A DNA stretch of 64,000 nucleotides from Acidimicrobiia bacterium (GTDB taxonomy: Bacteria; Actinomycetota; Acidimicrobiia; Acidimicrobiales; JANYDT01): contig JANOWU010000037.1 in NCBI GenBank assembly GCA_031418035.1, positions 873 through 64,872 on the forward strand, in the 5' to 3' direction. Positions 28,320 to 38,855 of the stretch are shown piece by piece. The first letter of the stretch is position 1. Each line of letters begins with the position of its first letter. Position numbers and translations under genes: made by a program. The notes under the pieces are model-generated. The model searched no databases. It worked only from the letters and a program-made list of their open reading frames with translations, and was not told the DNA's origin.

Positions 28320-28689
28320 TGGCGACGCCGTCGTCGACGGGAATCCAGACGTCGACGACAATCGGCCGCTCGCGAGTTGTGCGTTCCGCTCGCGCCGACG
28401 CGCTCTGATCAGCGCCCAGGAGCACCACCGTGACCTCGACACCGGCGTCGGACTCCGACCACTGCGTGATGCGCACACCGTTCTCCTGCGCGACCCGACT
28501 CGCCGTTGCCCGGTCAGCCCCCGCGCCAGCGAGCGCAACGGCATCAGCACCGATCTGCGCGTCGCTGCGTTCGATCGCCGCCCGAGCAATCTGCAGCGAC
28601 GCAACGAAGAGCAGGCCAATGGCAACGACGACTCCCGTCAGCGCGAACACCGTGCTTCCGCGTTCTCGAGCGGTCATTCTCTGGCCCAT
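28309..28689 (-). CDS. TadE-like (Rv3654c-family) small membrane-anchored protein
   Basis: 126 aa. An N-terminal GSTVFALTGVVVAIGLLFVA hydrophobic segment is followed by AR..I.R.DAQIGADAVALAGA and a short beta-rich tail. This layout matches TadE-like pseudopilin-type proteins. The call rests on pattern resemblance only. Confidence 0.5.
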   Translation of the reverse strand: MGQRMTARERGSTVFALTGVVVAIGLLFVASLQIARAAIERSDAQIGADAVALAGAGADRATASRVAQENGVRITQWSESDAGVEVTVVLLGADQSASARAERTTRERPIVVDVWIPVDDGVATGP

Positions 28690-28793
28690 ACCACCCTCAC
28701 CCCGCGTTGGCGCAGGTCACCACGACGCCGCAACGGCGTAGAGGTTTTGCGAACGATTCGGGGGAAGGGGTAGAGGAGAATCAGTGGGCGGAA

Positions 28794-31241
28794 CTACTCG
28801 CCGTCGGCGGCCAATACTTTCGCAACTGCCGCGACGCTTTGGCCATTGTCGAGCTTTTGGACCCGAACGCCCGTTGCTTCGCGACCCTGAGAGGAGATCT
28901 CTCGCACCGCGTACCGAGCGGTCACGCCGGCGTCGGTGATCACCAAGATCTCGTCGTCGAGCTCGCAGGTGAACGCCGCCGTGACCACACCGCGCTTGGC
29001 GGGCAACTTGATGGCAATCACCCCTTGACCACCGCGGCCCTGTTGGTTGAAGCGCTCGACCTTGGTCCGCTTTCCGAACCCGCCGTTGGTGATGAACAAC
29101 ATGTCGGTGGCATCCGACACCGCATCGCAGCTCACGACCTCGTCACCGGCCTTCATCTTCATGCCACGTACACCGGCGGCAGCGCGGCCCATGGACCGAA
29201 CTTCCTCTTCGGTAAAGCGAATGGCCTGACCCAGTTTGGAGACCATCAAGATGTCGTCGTTGCCGTTGGTCTGAATGACCCGCACGAGCTCGTCGTCGTC
29301 GCGGAGGTTCAACGCAATAATGCCGGCGCGCAACGACGAGTCGTATTCGCTCATGAGCGTCTTCTTGACCTGTCCGAGTTTCGTACAGAAGAACAGATAC
29401 CGATTGTCTTCATACGTACGCGTATCGATGATCGCTTGAATCTTCTCGTCGGGACCCAGCGGGAGCATGTTCACGATCGCCGTGCCTCGCGCGCTGCGCT
29501 CTTTGACGGGAATCTCGTGAGCCTTCAATCGATAGACCCGACCCCTGTTGGAGAAGAAGAGCAGATAGGCGTGCGCCGAGGTGGTGACGATGTCGACCAC
29601 GTAGTCCTCGTCTTTCACCTTCGCGCCCTGAACACCACGACCTCCGCGGCCCTGAATCCGGAACGTGTCGGAAGGCATTGCCTTCACGTAGCCAACCTTG
29701 GAGAACGTGATCACCAGTTCCTGATCCTCGATGAGATCTTCGATGCTCATGTCGCCCGGATCGAACGTGATGATGCTGCGACGGGGATTCGCAAACTGGT
29801 TGCGAATCTCCATCAGTTCGTCCTTGATGACCGTGTTCAACACGGTTCGGTCGTTGAGGATGCCCTCGAGAACCTGGATCGACGCCCGCAGTTCCGCTAC
29901 CTTCTGTTCGATATCGACGCGACTCAAACGCGTGAGCTGGCCAAGTTGCATGTCGAGAATTCGGACGGCTTGCTCCGCGCTGAAGTCGAACGGGGCGTTC
30001 ATAAGTCCTTCTTTCGCACCCGCCCGATCTTCACTGCGACGAACCAACGCGATGATCTCGTCGATCACATTGAGCGCCTTCATCAAGCCCTCTTGGATGT
30101 GCAGCTGTTCCTTGGCCTTGTCGAGGCGATGCTGCGAGCGACGGGTGATGACCTCGACTTGATGCTCGATGTAGTACTGCAGCATCTGCAGCAGGTTGAG
30201 GGTGCGAGGAACGCCGTCGACGAGCGACACCATGTTGGCCGAGAACGTGGTTTGCAGCGCCGTCATCTTGAAGAGGTTGTTCATCACCACATGGGAGTTG
30301 GCGTCACGCGTCAGTTCGAAGATGATCCGCGTCTTGCCCTTGGCCGACTCATCGTTCGCGTTCGAGATACCGACCAGTTCGCCGCTCTTCACGAGCTCAG
30401 CCACCCGCAACAAGATCGAGTTCGGGCTCGCCTGGTACGGAAGTTCCGTGACGACGATCTGCTGGCGATTGTTCTTCAATTCCTCGATCTCGGCGACCGC
30501 TCGCATCTTGATCGAGCCCTTGCCCGTTCGGAATGCGTCCATAAGGCCGGCTCGTCCGAGGATCAGCGCCCCGGTCGGGAAGTCAGGGCCCTTGATGAAG
30601 TTCATGAGCTCATCGACGGTCGCCTCAGGACGATCGATCAGGTGAACCACCCCATCGATGACCTCACCCAGGTTGTGCGGCGGAATGTTCGTGGCCATAC
30701 CAACGGCGATGCCCTGGGACCCGTTGACGAGGAGGTTCGGGAAGCGGGCGGGCAGGACCTTCGGTTCTTCGAACTCGCCCGAGTAGTTGCCCTGGAAGTC
30801 AACGGTGTCTTCTTCGATCCCGTTCAACAGGCGCAGCGCCAGAGGATCGAGGCGGCATTCGGTGTAGCGGTTCGCTGCGGCTGAAGCGTCGGGCGAGCCG
30901 AAGTTTCCGTGACCATCGATCAGCGGATGACGCAGTGAGAAGGGCTGCACCATGCGGACGAGCGCGTCGTAAATCGCGCTATCGCCGTGCGGATGGTATT
31001 TCCCCATAACATCGCCGACCACACGGGCACATTTCACGTGTTGACGGTTCGGCAGGAACCCGCCGTCGAACATGCCCCAGAGGATGCGACGGTGCACCGG
31101 TTTGAGCCCGTCGCGCACATCGGGGAGCGCTCGTGACACGATGACCGACATCGCGTAGTCGAGGAAGGATCGCTCCATCTCCTCCTGGATTTCGATCGGC
31201 TCGAAGTTGCCGAATTCAAGTGGTGGTTCGTTGTTACTCAT
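28794..31241 (-). CDS. gyrA: DNA gyrase subunit A
   Basis: 815 aa. N-terminus [35 protein letters not shown], the quinolone-resistance region [15 protein letters not shown], and C-terminal beta-pinwheel repeats. Confidence 0.98.
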   Translation of the reverse strand: MSNNEPPLEFGNFEPIEIQEEMERSFLDYAMSVIVSRALPDVRDGLKPVHRRILWGMFDGGFLPNRQHVKCARVVGDVMGKYHPHGDSAIYDALVRMVQPFSLRHPLIDGHGNFGSPDASAAANRYTECRLDPLALRLLNGIEEDTVDFQGNYSGEFEEPKVLPARFPNLLVNGSQGIAVGMATNIPPHNLGEVIDGVVHLIDRPEATVDELMNFIKGPDFPTGALILGRAGLMDAFRTGKGSIKMRAVAEIEELKNNRQQIVVTELPYQASPNSILLRVAELVKSGELVGISNANDESAKGKTRIIFELTRDANSHVVMNNLFKMTALQTTFSANMVSLVDGVPRTLNLLQMLQYYIEHQVEVITRRSQHRLDKAKEQLHIQEGLMKALNVIDEIIALVRRSEDRAGAKEGLMNAPFDFSAEQAVRILDMQLGQLTRLSRVDIEQKVAELRASIQVLEGILNDRTVLNTVIKDELMEIRNQFANPRRSIITFDPGDMSIEDLIEDQELVITFSKVGYVKAMPSDTFRIQGRGGRGVQGAKVKDEDYVVDIVTTSAHAYLLFFSNRGRVYRLKAHEIPVKERSARGTAIVNMLPLGPDEKIQAIIDTRTYEDNRYLFFCTKLGQVKKTLMSEYDSSLRAGIIALNLRDDDELVRVIQTNGNDDILMVSKLGQAIRFTEEEVRSMGRAAAGVRGMKMKAGDEVVSCDAVSDATDMLFITNGGFGKRTKVERFNQQGRGGQGVIAIKLPAKRGVVTAAFTCELDDEILVITDAGVTARYAVREISSQGREATGVRVQKLDNGQSVAAVAKVLAADGE

Positions 31242-31382
31242 CGTGTTGTCTTTTCCTTGTCTTTCAACTCGTATGTGCGCTTAGCAGGGTGATGAAATCC
31301 TGCTTTTCGACCGCTTCGTATCCACATATTGGCTGGTCAACGAAGCGCGCGTCGGTCGGAAGGAAGGTTTTCATCAACGCTG

Positions 31383-33491
31383 CTAGATGTCCAGGAATCG
31401 GACGTCGTTTGCGTTTTGCACGATGAACTTCTTGCGACTCTCCACGTCGTCGCCCATAAGCGTGCTCATTACCTCATCGGCTATCGCGGCTTGTTCCACG
31501 GTCACCTTCAGGAGTGTTCGCTTGGTGGTATCGAGCGTGGTTTCGCCGAGCTCGTCGGCGTCCATTTCGCCAAGGCCTTTGAGTCGATTGAACTCGAACT
31601 TCTTGTTGGGGTTTGCCGCGAGGAACGCTGTTTTCGCAGCATCGTCTTTCAGGTACTGCTTTTCCTTGCCAACAACAACGCTGTAGAGCGGAGGCTGCGC
31701 GATGTAGCAGTAGCCCGCTTCAACCAACGGCTTCATCTGTCGGAAGAAGAACGTGAGGAGCAGCGTACGAATGTGGGCCCCGTCGACGTCGGCATCACAA
31801 AGCGCTATCACCTTGTGGTATCGAACCTTCGCCGGATCGAACTCCTCGCCAACCCCGGCACCAATCGCGCTGATCAAGGCCTGGATTTCGTTGTTTTGCA
31901 TCATCTTGTCGATGCGAGCTCGTTCGACGTTCAAGATCTTTCCGCGAATCGGCAAGATGGCCTGCGTCTTCGGGTCGCGGGCGTCGGTGGCCGAGCCCAT
32001 TGCGGAGTCGCCTTCCACAATGAACAACTCGGACTCCGCCGGATTTTTGCTCGAACAGTCTTTGAGCTTGCCGGGCAGACCACCGCCGAACGTCGCCGAC
32101 TTGCGAGCTACGTCGCGAGCCTTCCGAGCCGCGATACGACCCTGTTGCGCGAGCTGTGCCTTCTTCACGATCCGGTTGGCCTCGGTCGGGTTCTCTTCGA
32201 ACCACTCCGCCAACTTCTCATTGGTCGCCTTTTGCACCAGCGTCTTCATGCTGGTGTTGCCGAGCTTGTCTTTGGTCTGCCCTTCGAACTGCGGGTCGCG
32301 TAGCTTCACACTGATGATCGCCGTGAGTCCTTCACGGATGTCTTCGCCCTGGAAGTTCTCGTCTTTTTCCTTGATGAGGTTCTTGTCGCGCGCGTACTTG
32401 TTGACGATGCTCGTGAGTGCCGACTTGAACCCCTCCTCGTGGGTTCCGCCGCCATTGGTGGCGATGCCGTTGGCGAAACTGTGAAGGCCCTCGTAGTAGC
32501 CGGTGTTCCACTGCACCGCCACTTCGGCTTCGCCTCCCGTTTCGTCGGCGACCTTGAAGTGCGGGACCTTCGTGAAGAGGGGATCCTTCGTGGAGTTCAG
32601 GTGCTTGACGAAGTCCTTCAAACCATCGTTGAACTTGAAGGTGTGCACCGACGGTTGCCCCTCAGCGTCGCGATCGTGGTCGGGGCGTTCATCGGTGAAG
32701 CGGATCTCGAGCCCGGCGTTCAGGAACGCCATCATCCGGAACCGTTCGAGCATCGTTTCGGCGCGGAACTCCGTCGTTTCGAAGATCGTCGGATCCGGCC
32801 AGAACGTCACGGTCGTACCGGTACGGCCACGCGGGGCCTTACCGGTCACCGCGAGCTTGGTCTTGATGACGCCACCCTTGTGAAACTCGAGGTAGTGGCG
32901 CTGGCCTTCGCGATCGATCTCCGCGGTGAGGCGCGCCGACAGCGCGTTGACGACCGAAACGCCGACGCCGTGAAGGCCACCTGAAACCTTGTAGCCCGAA
33001 CCCTCGCCGAACTTTCCGCCGGCGTTCAGGACCGAGAGCACAATCTCGGCGGCCGGCTTGCCGTCGTACTTCTTGTCCTGGTGCTTCATGGGAGACACCG
33101 GGATACCGCGGCCGTCGTCTTCCACGCGACAGCCCCCGTCGGCCTGCAGCGTGATCGTGATCTTCGTGGCGAACCCGGCCATGGCTTCGTCGACGGCGTT
33201 GTCGACGACTTCCCAGACACAGTGGTGCAGACCGGTGATCCCGGTCGACCCGATGTACATGCCCGGCCGCTTACGGACGTGCTCACGGCCGTCGAGGATC
33301 GTGATGTCATCGGCGCTGTAGTTGGCTGAGCCCTTGTTCGCAGAGTTCGTGGGCGGTGGCGCCGACGGCGTAGGGGACGGCGATACGGCCGGTGATACGG
33401 CCGGTGTTGGTGATGAAGGGGCGCCTGAGACCGAACCGGAATCGTTCGGTACTTCGGGCGAGGGATTTTGGGAACTGTTGTCATGCGCCAT
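31383..33491 (-). CDS. gyrB: DNA gyrase subunit B
   Basis: 702 aa with GHKL ATPase motifs (LEAVRKRPGMYIG-type REHVRKRPGMYIGS, HHCVWEVVDNAVDE), a Toprim EGDSA motif and PLKGKILNV-type PIRGKILNV. Confidence 0.98.
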   Translation of the reverse strand: MAHDNSSQNPSPEVPNDSGSVSGAPSSPTPAVSPAVSPSPTPSAPPPTNSANKGSANYSADDITILDGREHVRKRPGMYIGSTGITGLHHCVWEVVDNAVDEAMAGFATKITITLQADGGCRVEDDGRGIPVSPMKHQDKKYDGKPAAEIVLSVLNAGGKFGEGSGYKVSGGLHGVGVSVVNALSARLTAEIDREGQRHYLEFHKGGVIKTKLAVTGKAPRGRTGTTVTFWPDPTIFETTEFRAETMLERFRMMAFLNAGLEIRFTDERPDHDRDAEGQPSVHTFKFNDGLKDFVKHLNSTKDPLFTKVPHFKVADETGGEAEVAVQWNTGYYEGLHSFANGIATNGGGTHEEGFKSALTSIVNKYARDKNLIKEKDENFQGEDIREGLTAIISVKLRDPQFEGQTKDKLGNTSMKTLVQKATNEKLAEWFEENPTEANRIVKKAQLAQQGRIAARKARDVARKSATFGGGLPGKLKDCSSKNPAESELFIVEGDSAMGSATDARDPKTQAILPIRGKILNVERARIDKMMQNNEIQALISAIGAGVGEEFDPAKVRYHKVIALCDADVDGAHIRTLLLTFFFRQMKPLVEAGYCYIAQPPLYSVVVGKEKQYLKDDAAKTAFLAANPNKKFEFNRLKGLGEMDADELGETTLDTTKRTLLKVTVEQAAIADEVMSTLMGDDVESRKKFIVQNANDVRFLDI

Positions 33492-33790
33492 GGGCGCGCG
33501 CCTTTCGATCGGAGAACTTCGGCGGAAGATCTACGTTGAGCAAAAAAGATGCCCCGAACACCGGGCCGGAGCACGCGATATCCGGTTTCCGCCAAGAATT
33601 CGAGCTTGGTCGTCCCTGGCAGAATTCCAGGTCTTTCACCATGAGTTTTTGGATGGCGGGGGAAAGTGTTTTGGCTGGTCAGAACATATGAATAGCAACC
33701 ATGTAAGTCTACCCGAGGGGTGGGACACTCCCGACCGTTTCCGGCGCTGATTTCGGTCTTTTTTCGGTGATTTTGCGCCCTTTTGGGCTT

Positions 33791-34165
33791 TTAGGACCCC
33801 GATGTACGGTCGGTGCGAGCTCGACCGCCGCGACGCGAGCCGCCGCGCACTCGCACGACCAGCTCGGTGACGCTCTGGTGACCCGTCGCCTCGTTCACTC
33901 GGGCGACGAGATCGTCGTGCAAGAACCGCAGTTGCGTGGCCCACGCTGGTTCGTCGACCTCGACGGTGAGGATCGAATCTCGCAGCCCGATCGGCTGCAC
34001 GTGATCGCACAGCGGACTCCCGACGACGGCGTTCCAATTCGCAAAGACGGCCGTCAACACGTTGGGCTTGGCCAGTCCGAGGCGTTTGGTCACATCGGGG
34101 AGCGAATCGCCGATCAGACGCGGGTCTCGAGCGCCGGGCTCCTGTCGGAGAGGTTTCCACACCAT
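33791..34165 (-). CDS. DUF721 (DciA-like) protein
   Basis: 124 aa in the conserved recF-gyrB position, with W..vVG..l..h..P..l....L.V.v....WA..Lr-type sequence (ANWNAVVGSPLCDHVQPIGLRDSILTVEVDEPAWATQLRF). Confidence 0.8.
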   Translation of the reverse strand: MVWKPLRQEPGARDPRLIGDSLPDVTKRLGLAKPNVLTAVFANWNAVVGSPLCDHVQPIGLRDSILTVEVDEPAWATQLRFLHDDLVARVNEATGHQSVTELVVRVRGGSRRGGRARTDRTSGS

Positions 34166-34174
34166 TGGCGATAC

Positions 34175-35377
34175 CTACAATTCACTTTCATGCAATTTCG
34201 CGTTAGGGAACGCGATCTCATCCACAAATTCCCCAGGTTTGTCCACAGCCTGATTCGTCCGGTTTGCCCCATCGGCGTGGGTCCAGCGTCGAACCGCAGA
34301 ACCCACCCCGTCGTGTTCGCCCCGTTCCACGACCACCCGCGATTCCACCGACGCAGACGACGGTACGGCGCCCGCCGTCGCGAGAAGCGTTTGTCCGGGA
34401 GGCAGACTTCGTATCAGCGCATCGCTGCGGAGCGGATCGAGCTCGGAGAAGACATCGTCGAGGAGAAGAATCGGCGCCGCCTCCAGGCGCTCGGTGAGGA
34501 GCCGATGACCGGCCAACTGCAGGGCCAATGCGAGTGTTCGCTGTTCCCCCTGCGAGGCGTGTGTACGCGACGGTCGCGAGCCGATGCGGACCTCGATCTC
34601 GTCACGATGTGGTCCCACCAGCGAAAGACCCCGACGGACATCGTCGGAACGGCCCGTCCGAAGCGCTTCGGCGAGGGGTCCATCGAAGGAACACCGATAG
34701 GTGAGCGAAACCGATGAGGAAACATCAGCGATGTCGTCGTAGGCCGTCTGCATGTGCGGGGCCAGATCATCGAGGAGTTCGGTCCGGGCCTTCACCACCG
34801 CAGCGCCGACGTCGGCCAGCTTCTCGTCCCACACATCGAGGGTGAACCCAATCTCGGCGGTCAGTCGACCGCCTGATTGCTTGAGCAGGGCATTTCGCTG
34901 ACGCAGGATCTTGTCGAGGTCAGCGAGTAACGCTGCGTTGCGGGGATGACTCGCCTCGAGCAAGCGATCCAGTACCGCTCGGCGTTCGCCCGGGCCCCCT
35001 TTGATAATGACGAGATCGTCGGGGGAGAACACCGTGACGGTCAAACCGGCGCGTCGATCCTCACCTGAACGCACAGGCTGTTTGTTGAGGAGCATCCTCG
35101 AACGACCAGCCACGACGAGCTCGGCCTCGAGCAGGAGGTTCCGGTCAGCCGAGACGGCATCGCAGCGCACAAACCCCCGGTCGGCCCCGAGGCGGACCAA
35201 CGCTTCGGTCGGCGCCCCTCGAAAGGAACGACCCGACGAAAGATACGACACCGCCTCCAGCAGATTGGTTTTCCCGGCGCCGTTGTGGCCCGTGATGACG
35301 GTCAGTCCTGGACCAAAGTCGACGCCGACGTCGGCGTAGCTTCGAAAATCATGAAGCTGAAGCCGACGGACGAACAC
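34175..35377 (-). CDS. recF: DNA replication/repair protein RecF
   Basis: VFVRRLQLHDFRSYADV...GHNGAGKTNLLEAV (Walker A) and a C-terminal LLLDDVFSELD. I chose the GTG start at 35377, which is 12 nt after the dnaN stop. Confidence 0.9.
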   Translation of the reverse strand: MFVRRLQLHDFRSYADVGVDFGPGLTVITGHNGAGKTNLLEAVSYLSSGRSFRGAPTEALVRLGADRGFVRCDAVSADRNLLLEAELVVAGRSRMLLNKQPVRSGEDRRAGLTVTVFSPDDLVIIKGGPGERRAVLDRLLEASHPRNAALLADLDKILRQRNALLKQSGGRLTAEIGFTLDVWDEKLADVGAAVVKARTELLDDLAPHMQTAYDDIADVSSSVSLTYRCSFDGPLAEALRTGRSDDVRRGLSLVGPHRDEIEVRIGSRPSRTHASQGEQRTLALALQLAGHRLLTERLEAAPILLLDDVFSELDPLRSDALIRSLPPGQTLLATAGAVPSSASVESRVVVERGEHDGVGSAVRRWTHADGANRTNQAVDKPGEFVDEIAFPNAKLHESEL

Positions 35378-35388
35378 GGCCTGCGCGG

Positions 35389-36477
35389 CTATACCCGCAC
35401 GGGCATCAGCAAGTACAAGAAGTCGGGACGCTCTGCACAACGAAGGACTGCGGGCTTCAAATTGTCGATCGTTTCCAGGGTGATCGTGTCACCCGCCGCG
35501 GCTTCGACCCCGGCGATGAGGAAGTCGGGGTTGAAGGCGACCGTCATCTCCGAGCCGACGTAGGTCGCCTCGACATCTTCGTTGGCCTGACCGACGTCTT
35601 GCGTCACCGCAACCAACTCCAAGGTTTCGCCGCCGAGCTTGAGGCGAACCGGGGTGGCATCCTTGGCCAGCAGACGCACGCGCCGAAGCGCTTCTTGCAG
35701 CACCGAGCGCTGCACGGTGAGCACGTTCGGCAAGCTCGCCGGAATCAGGTTTCGATACGGCGGATATTGCCCTTCGATCAGGCGGGTCGTCACCTTCGTG
35801 GCCCCCACGACGAACGACGCTTCACGCTCGCCGAGATGCAGCGTGATTTCCCCCTTGGATCCAAGCACCCGCGCGACCTCGCCCAATGCGCGACTTGGCA
35901 CCAACACCGTTTGGCCCTCGGCCAGCACCGTTGTTCCGGGGAGATCTCGCACCGAAAGCCGGTACGAATCGGTGGCCACCAGTCGCAGCCCTCCCGCTTC
36001 TGCGGCCATCAACACGCCCGTCAGGATCGGGCGGGCATCGTCGTGGCTGGCCGAGGCAATGACCTGTTTGGCCGCGTCGGCAAAATGCTCCGCCTGAATC
36101 GTGACGCCGCCCACAGCTACATCGGGCAAACGAGGGAACTCCTCGGCGTTGAGTGTTCGGACCGAGAACACGCTTCGGCCGGCTCGGATCTGAGCCTGCT
36201 CGCCCTCGACCGACACGTGGATCGCACCGGCCTCCATGGCTCGGAGAATGTCGGCACCAAGTTTTGCCGGAAGAACGGCGACACCGTTTTCCTCCCCGGA
36301 CACAGCGATCTCCACCTCGATCGTGAGATCGAGATCACTTCCCGCCAGCCGAAGCTGGTCGCCGGAAAGCTGCAATCGAACACACGACAGCACCGGCAGC
36401 GATGAGCGCGTCGATACGGCTCTCGCCGCCGAGGAAAAGGCATCGACCAAGACATCACGTTCGCAACGAAACTTCAC
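35389..36477 (-). CDS. dnaN: DNA polymerase III beta subunit (sliding clamp)
   Basis: 362 aa. The MKFRCERDVL... three-domain clamp pattern and the position after dnaA support the call. Confidence 0.95.
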   Translation of the reverse strand: MKFRCERDVLVDAFSSAARAVSTRSSLPVLSCVRLQLSGDQLRLAGSDLDLTIEVEIAVSGEENGVAVLPAKLGADILRAMEAGAIHVSVEGEQAQIRAGRSVFSVRTLNAEEFPRLPDVAVGGVTIQAEHFADAAKQVIASASHDDARPILTGVLMAAEAGGLRLVATDSYRLSVRDLPGTTVLAEGQTVLVPSRALGEVARVLGSKGEITLHLGEREASFVVGATKVTTRLIEGQYPPYRNLIPASLPNVLTVQRSVLQEALRRVRLLAKDATPVRLKLGGETLELVAVTQDVGQANEDVEATYVGSEMTVAFNPDFLIAGVEAAAGDTITLETIDNLKPAVLRCAERPDFLYLLMPVRV

Positions 36478-36841
36478 AGTGGCCTCACAGTAGGCGATGG
36501 GTATGACAGGTGTGACCGAAGATGGTCCGAATCAGGTTTGAGTTTCACTGAGCAGTACATAAGTAATGAAGAGAGAAAAAAGGTAACTGTTCTTGTAGGT
36601 GCTGTGGATTGTGGAGAACGCGCGATTGTCCTGGCCAGAGGGCCTCTCGAAGCGCGCGGTCGATCCACAGAGTCAGCACGTCGATTCGGGAGGTCAGATG
36701 TCGCTGTGGATGACGCAAAACTTACCCACAGGAAGGGGTGCTTATCCACCGTGTTATCCACGGTCGGAACCGTGAGGTTTGTGGGGGTTGTGCAAAATGA
36801 TGACCGGAAAGTTTTCCGGAAAAAGGTCGGTGACGCCACGA
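36478..36841. other. Putative oriC (dnaA-dnaN intergenic): DnaA-box cluster plus AT-rich element
   Basis: DnaA-box-like 8-9-mers read directly: TGTGGATT 36603-36610, TGTGGAGA 36610-36617, GATCCACA 36662-36669, TGTGGATGA 36705-36713, TTACCCACA 36722-36730, TTATCCACC 36742-36750, TTATCCACG 36754-36762. An AT-rich stretch lies at 36541-36597 (agtttcactgagcagtacataagtaatgaagagagaaaaaaggtaactgttcttg). Confidence 0.8.
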
Positions 36842-38227
36842 TTACGACCAGTTTCCGGTGCGAATCTGCTTGATCAGCTCACTGACCTGTTCGTAGATCA
36901 GGTGACGTTCTTTCATTTGCTGCTGAATTTTTTCGACCGCGTGGATGACGGTCGTGTGGTCGCGGTCGCCGAACTCGCGACCGATCATCGGATATGAGTA
37001 ATCAGTAAGTTCCCGAAAGACGTACATGGCGATCTGGCGGGCGGTCACGAGCGGGCGGCGTCGGCTCTGCCCCGTCAAGTCGGCGAGTGGAAAGCCGAAC
37101 ATGTCACTGGTTGCCGCAAGGATCGCCTTCGCGGAAACCGGTCGGATTTCGTCGCCGGACACGATGTCGGTCAGAACCCGCTCGGCCATTTCGAGCGTGA
37201 GCGGGACACGGTTCAGCCCGGCGTAGGCACACACACGATTGAGTGCACCCTCCAGTTCCCGGATGTTGTCCTTGAGATGAGTGGCGATGAAGTTCAGGAC
37301 TTCGCTGGGCACCTCGGTACGTTCACGTACGGCCTTCTTCCGAAGGATGGCCACTCGAGTTTCGAGATCCGGGGGCTGGATGTCGACGATAAGTCCCCAT
37401 TCGAATCGACTTCGCAGACGATCCTCGAGCGTCGCCATTGCCTTCGGAGGACGGTCGGAGGAGATCACGATCTGGCGTCCGCTTTGCTGCAGAAAATTGA
37501 ACGTGTGGAAGAACTCCTCCTGGGTTCCTTCCTTGCCCTCCATGAACTGAATGTCGTCGATCAACAACACGTCACAGTCGTCGCGATAACGACGCTTGAA
37601 GGTCACCGTGGAGTTCGTCCGAATTGCATCGACGAACTCGGTCACGAAGGTCTCCGTCGACACGTAACGGATCCGACTCTGGGGGTAGTTCTGCCCGACG
37701 TAATGCGCGATCGCTTGCAGGAGGTGCGTCTTCCCGAGACCCGAGTCGCCGTATATAAACAAAGGGTTGTACGACTGCGCGGGCCGTTCTGCGACGGCCA
37801 TGGCTGCAGCGTGTGCAAATCGATTCGACGCGCCGATGACGAAGTCTTCGAATGTGTACCTAACATTCAGCGTGATATCGCCGGAGAACAGCGAGACGAT
37901 GGGATCCGGGGCCGGTTTGGCCGGTGTGGGCGTCTCCGGCGCAACCGTGAAGGGTCCTTCGGAGGCATCGCCTTCGAACACTTCGACGCCGACGCTCACC
38001 TGTGCACCCGTGACCTCGCGCACGACCTCGGCGATGAGGTCGAGGTATCGACCTTCGATGCGTTCTTTCGCGATCGAGTGCGGCACTGCGAGCACGACGC
38101 GGCGTTCGTCGAAAACGATCGGACGAGATGCGGCAAAGCAGGTGTTCCACGTGGCTTCGGCGACTCGGGTCCGAAGGACCGCCGCGCACTCAACCCATGA
38201 TCCCGGCCCCTGTGTGTTATCTGCCAC
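36842..38227 (-). CDS. dnaA: Chromosomal replication initiator protein DnaA
   Basis: 461 aa. AAA+ Walker A GDSGLGKTHLL, box VII, and a C-terminal DNA-binding helix region (DHTTVIHAVEKI). Confidence 0.98.
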   Translation of the reverse strand: MADNTQGPGSWVECAAVLRTRVAEATWNTCFAASRPIVFDERRVVLAVPHSIAKERIEGRYLDLIAEVVREVTGAQVSVGVEVFEGDASEGPFTVAPETPTPAKPAPDPIVSLFSGDITLNVRYTFEDFVIGASNRFAHAAAMAVAERPAQSYNPLFIYGDSGLGKTHLLQAIAHYVGQNYPQSRIRYVSTETFVTEFVDAIRTNSTVTFKRRYRDDCDVLLIDDIQFMEGKEGTQEEFFHTFNFLQQSGRQIVISSDRPPKAMATLEDRLRSRFEWGLIVDIQPPDLETRVAILRKKAVRERTEVPSEVLNFIATHLKDNIRELEGALNRVCAYAGLNRVPLTLEMAERVLTDIVSGDEIRPVSAKAILAATSDMFGFPLADLTGQSRRRPLVTARQIAMYVFRELTDYSYPMIGREFGDRDHTTVIHAVEKIQQQMKERHLIYEQVSELIKQIRTGNWS

Positions 38228-38265
38228 TACCCCTCCCTTCCGTGTTGCGTTGCCGAGTTGATACC

Positions 38266-38429
38266 CGTTTATTGCCGATTTTCGACATTCAAAAGTTGTC
38301 CACCGAGATCTCCACAGGTGTGGAAACCGTAAGAACGCGTATCACCCAATCGAGGTGGTGGCCGATCAATACTGCGTCTGACCTGCACCGTCTCGTCCGG
38401 GCCGACTACCGTAGCACCAGTTTTCCACA
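38266..38429. promoter_or_regulatory. DnaA boxes and AT-rich stretch upstream of dnaA (dnaA promoter/autoregulation or second oriC half)
   Basis: TTGTCCACC 38296-38304; inverted pair TCTCCACA 38309-38316 and TGTGGAAA 38319-38326; TTTTCCACA 38421-38429; AT-rich cgtttattgccgattttcgacattcaaaag at 38266-38295. Confidence 0.65.
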
Positions 38430-38686
38430 GGGAAGTTCCGGCCTTTTTGCCCAACCACTCGCTGCGCCGCTCCTTTCGGAGCTGTCGTGGCCGTCGGGGT
38501 GGTGTGAGAAAACGAATACCTCGAAGACGATCGTCGCGGAGGTCCGCGGTTTGCGTCGGAGCCCGTTTCGCTCTAGATTTGCCAGGTTCTATTTCGTCTG
38601 TCTGCCCTTGCGACAGGACGAACGCTTCGGCGCTCGTCTGCCATTCTGGGCCCGGACGGGTTTTTCGAACTCTCCGGAGGAGACCC

Positions 38687-38821
38687 GTGAAGCGCACTTT
38701 TCAGCCCAATATCCGTCGCCGTGCCAAGAAGCATGGCTTTCGCGCCCGTATGGCTACCGCCGGCGGCCGAAACGTCCTGAAGGCACGTCGCCTGAAGGGC
38801 CGTGCCCGTCTGTCAGCCTGA
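38687..38821 (+). CDS. rpmH: 50S ribosomal protein L34
   Basis: [44 protein letters not shown]. The GTG start at 38687 is preceded by ggagga. Confidence 0.95.
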   Translation: MKRTFQPNIRRRAKKHGFRARMATAGGRNVLKARRLKGRARLSA

Positions 38822-38855
38822 CGTTCGCGGACTCCGGTCTGTTTGCTGTTCGACC

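Noticed and set aside
28506-30884. A 792-aa plus-strand ORF.
   Set aside because: It lies entirely antisense to the unambiguous gyrA gene, and its sequence is low-complexity and Arg/His/Asp-rich. It is a GC-rich antisense artefact.
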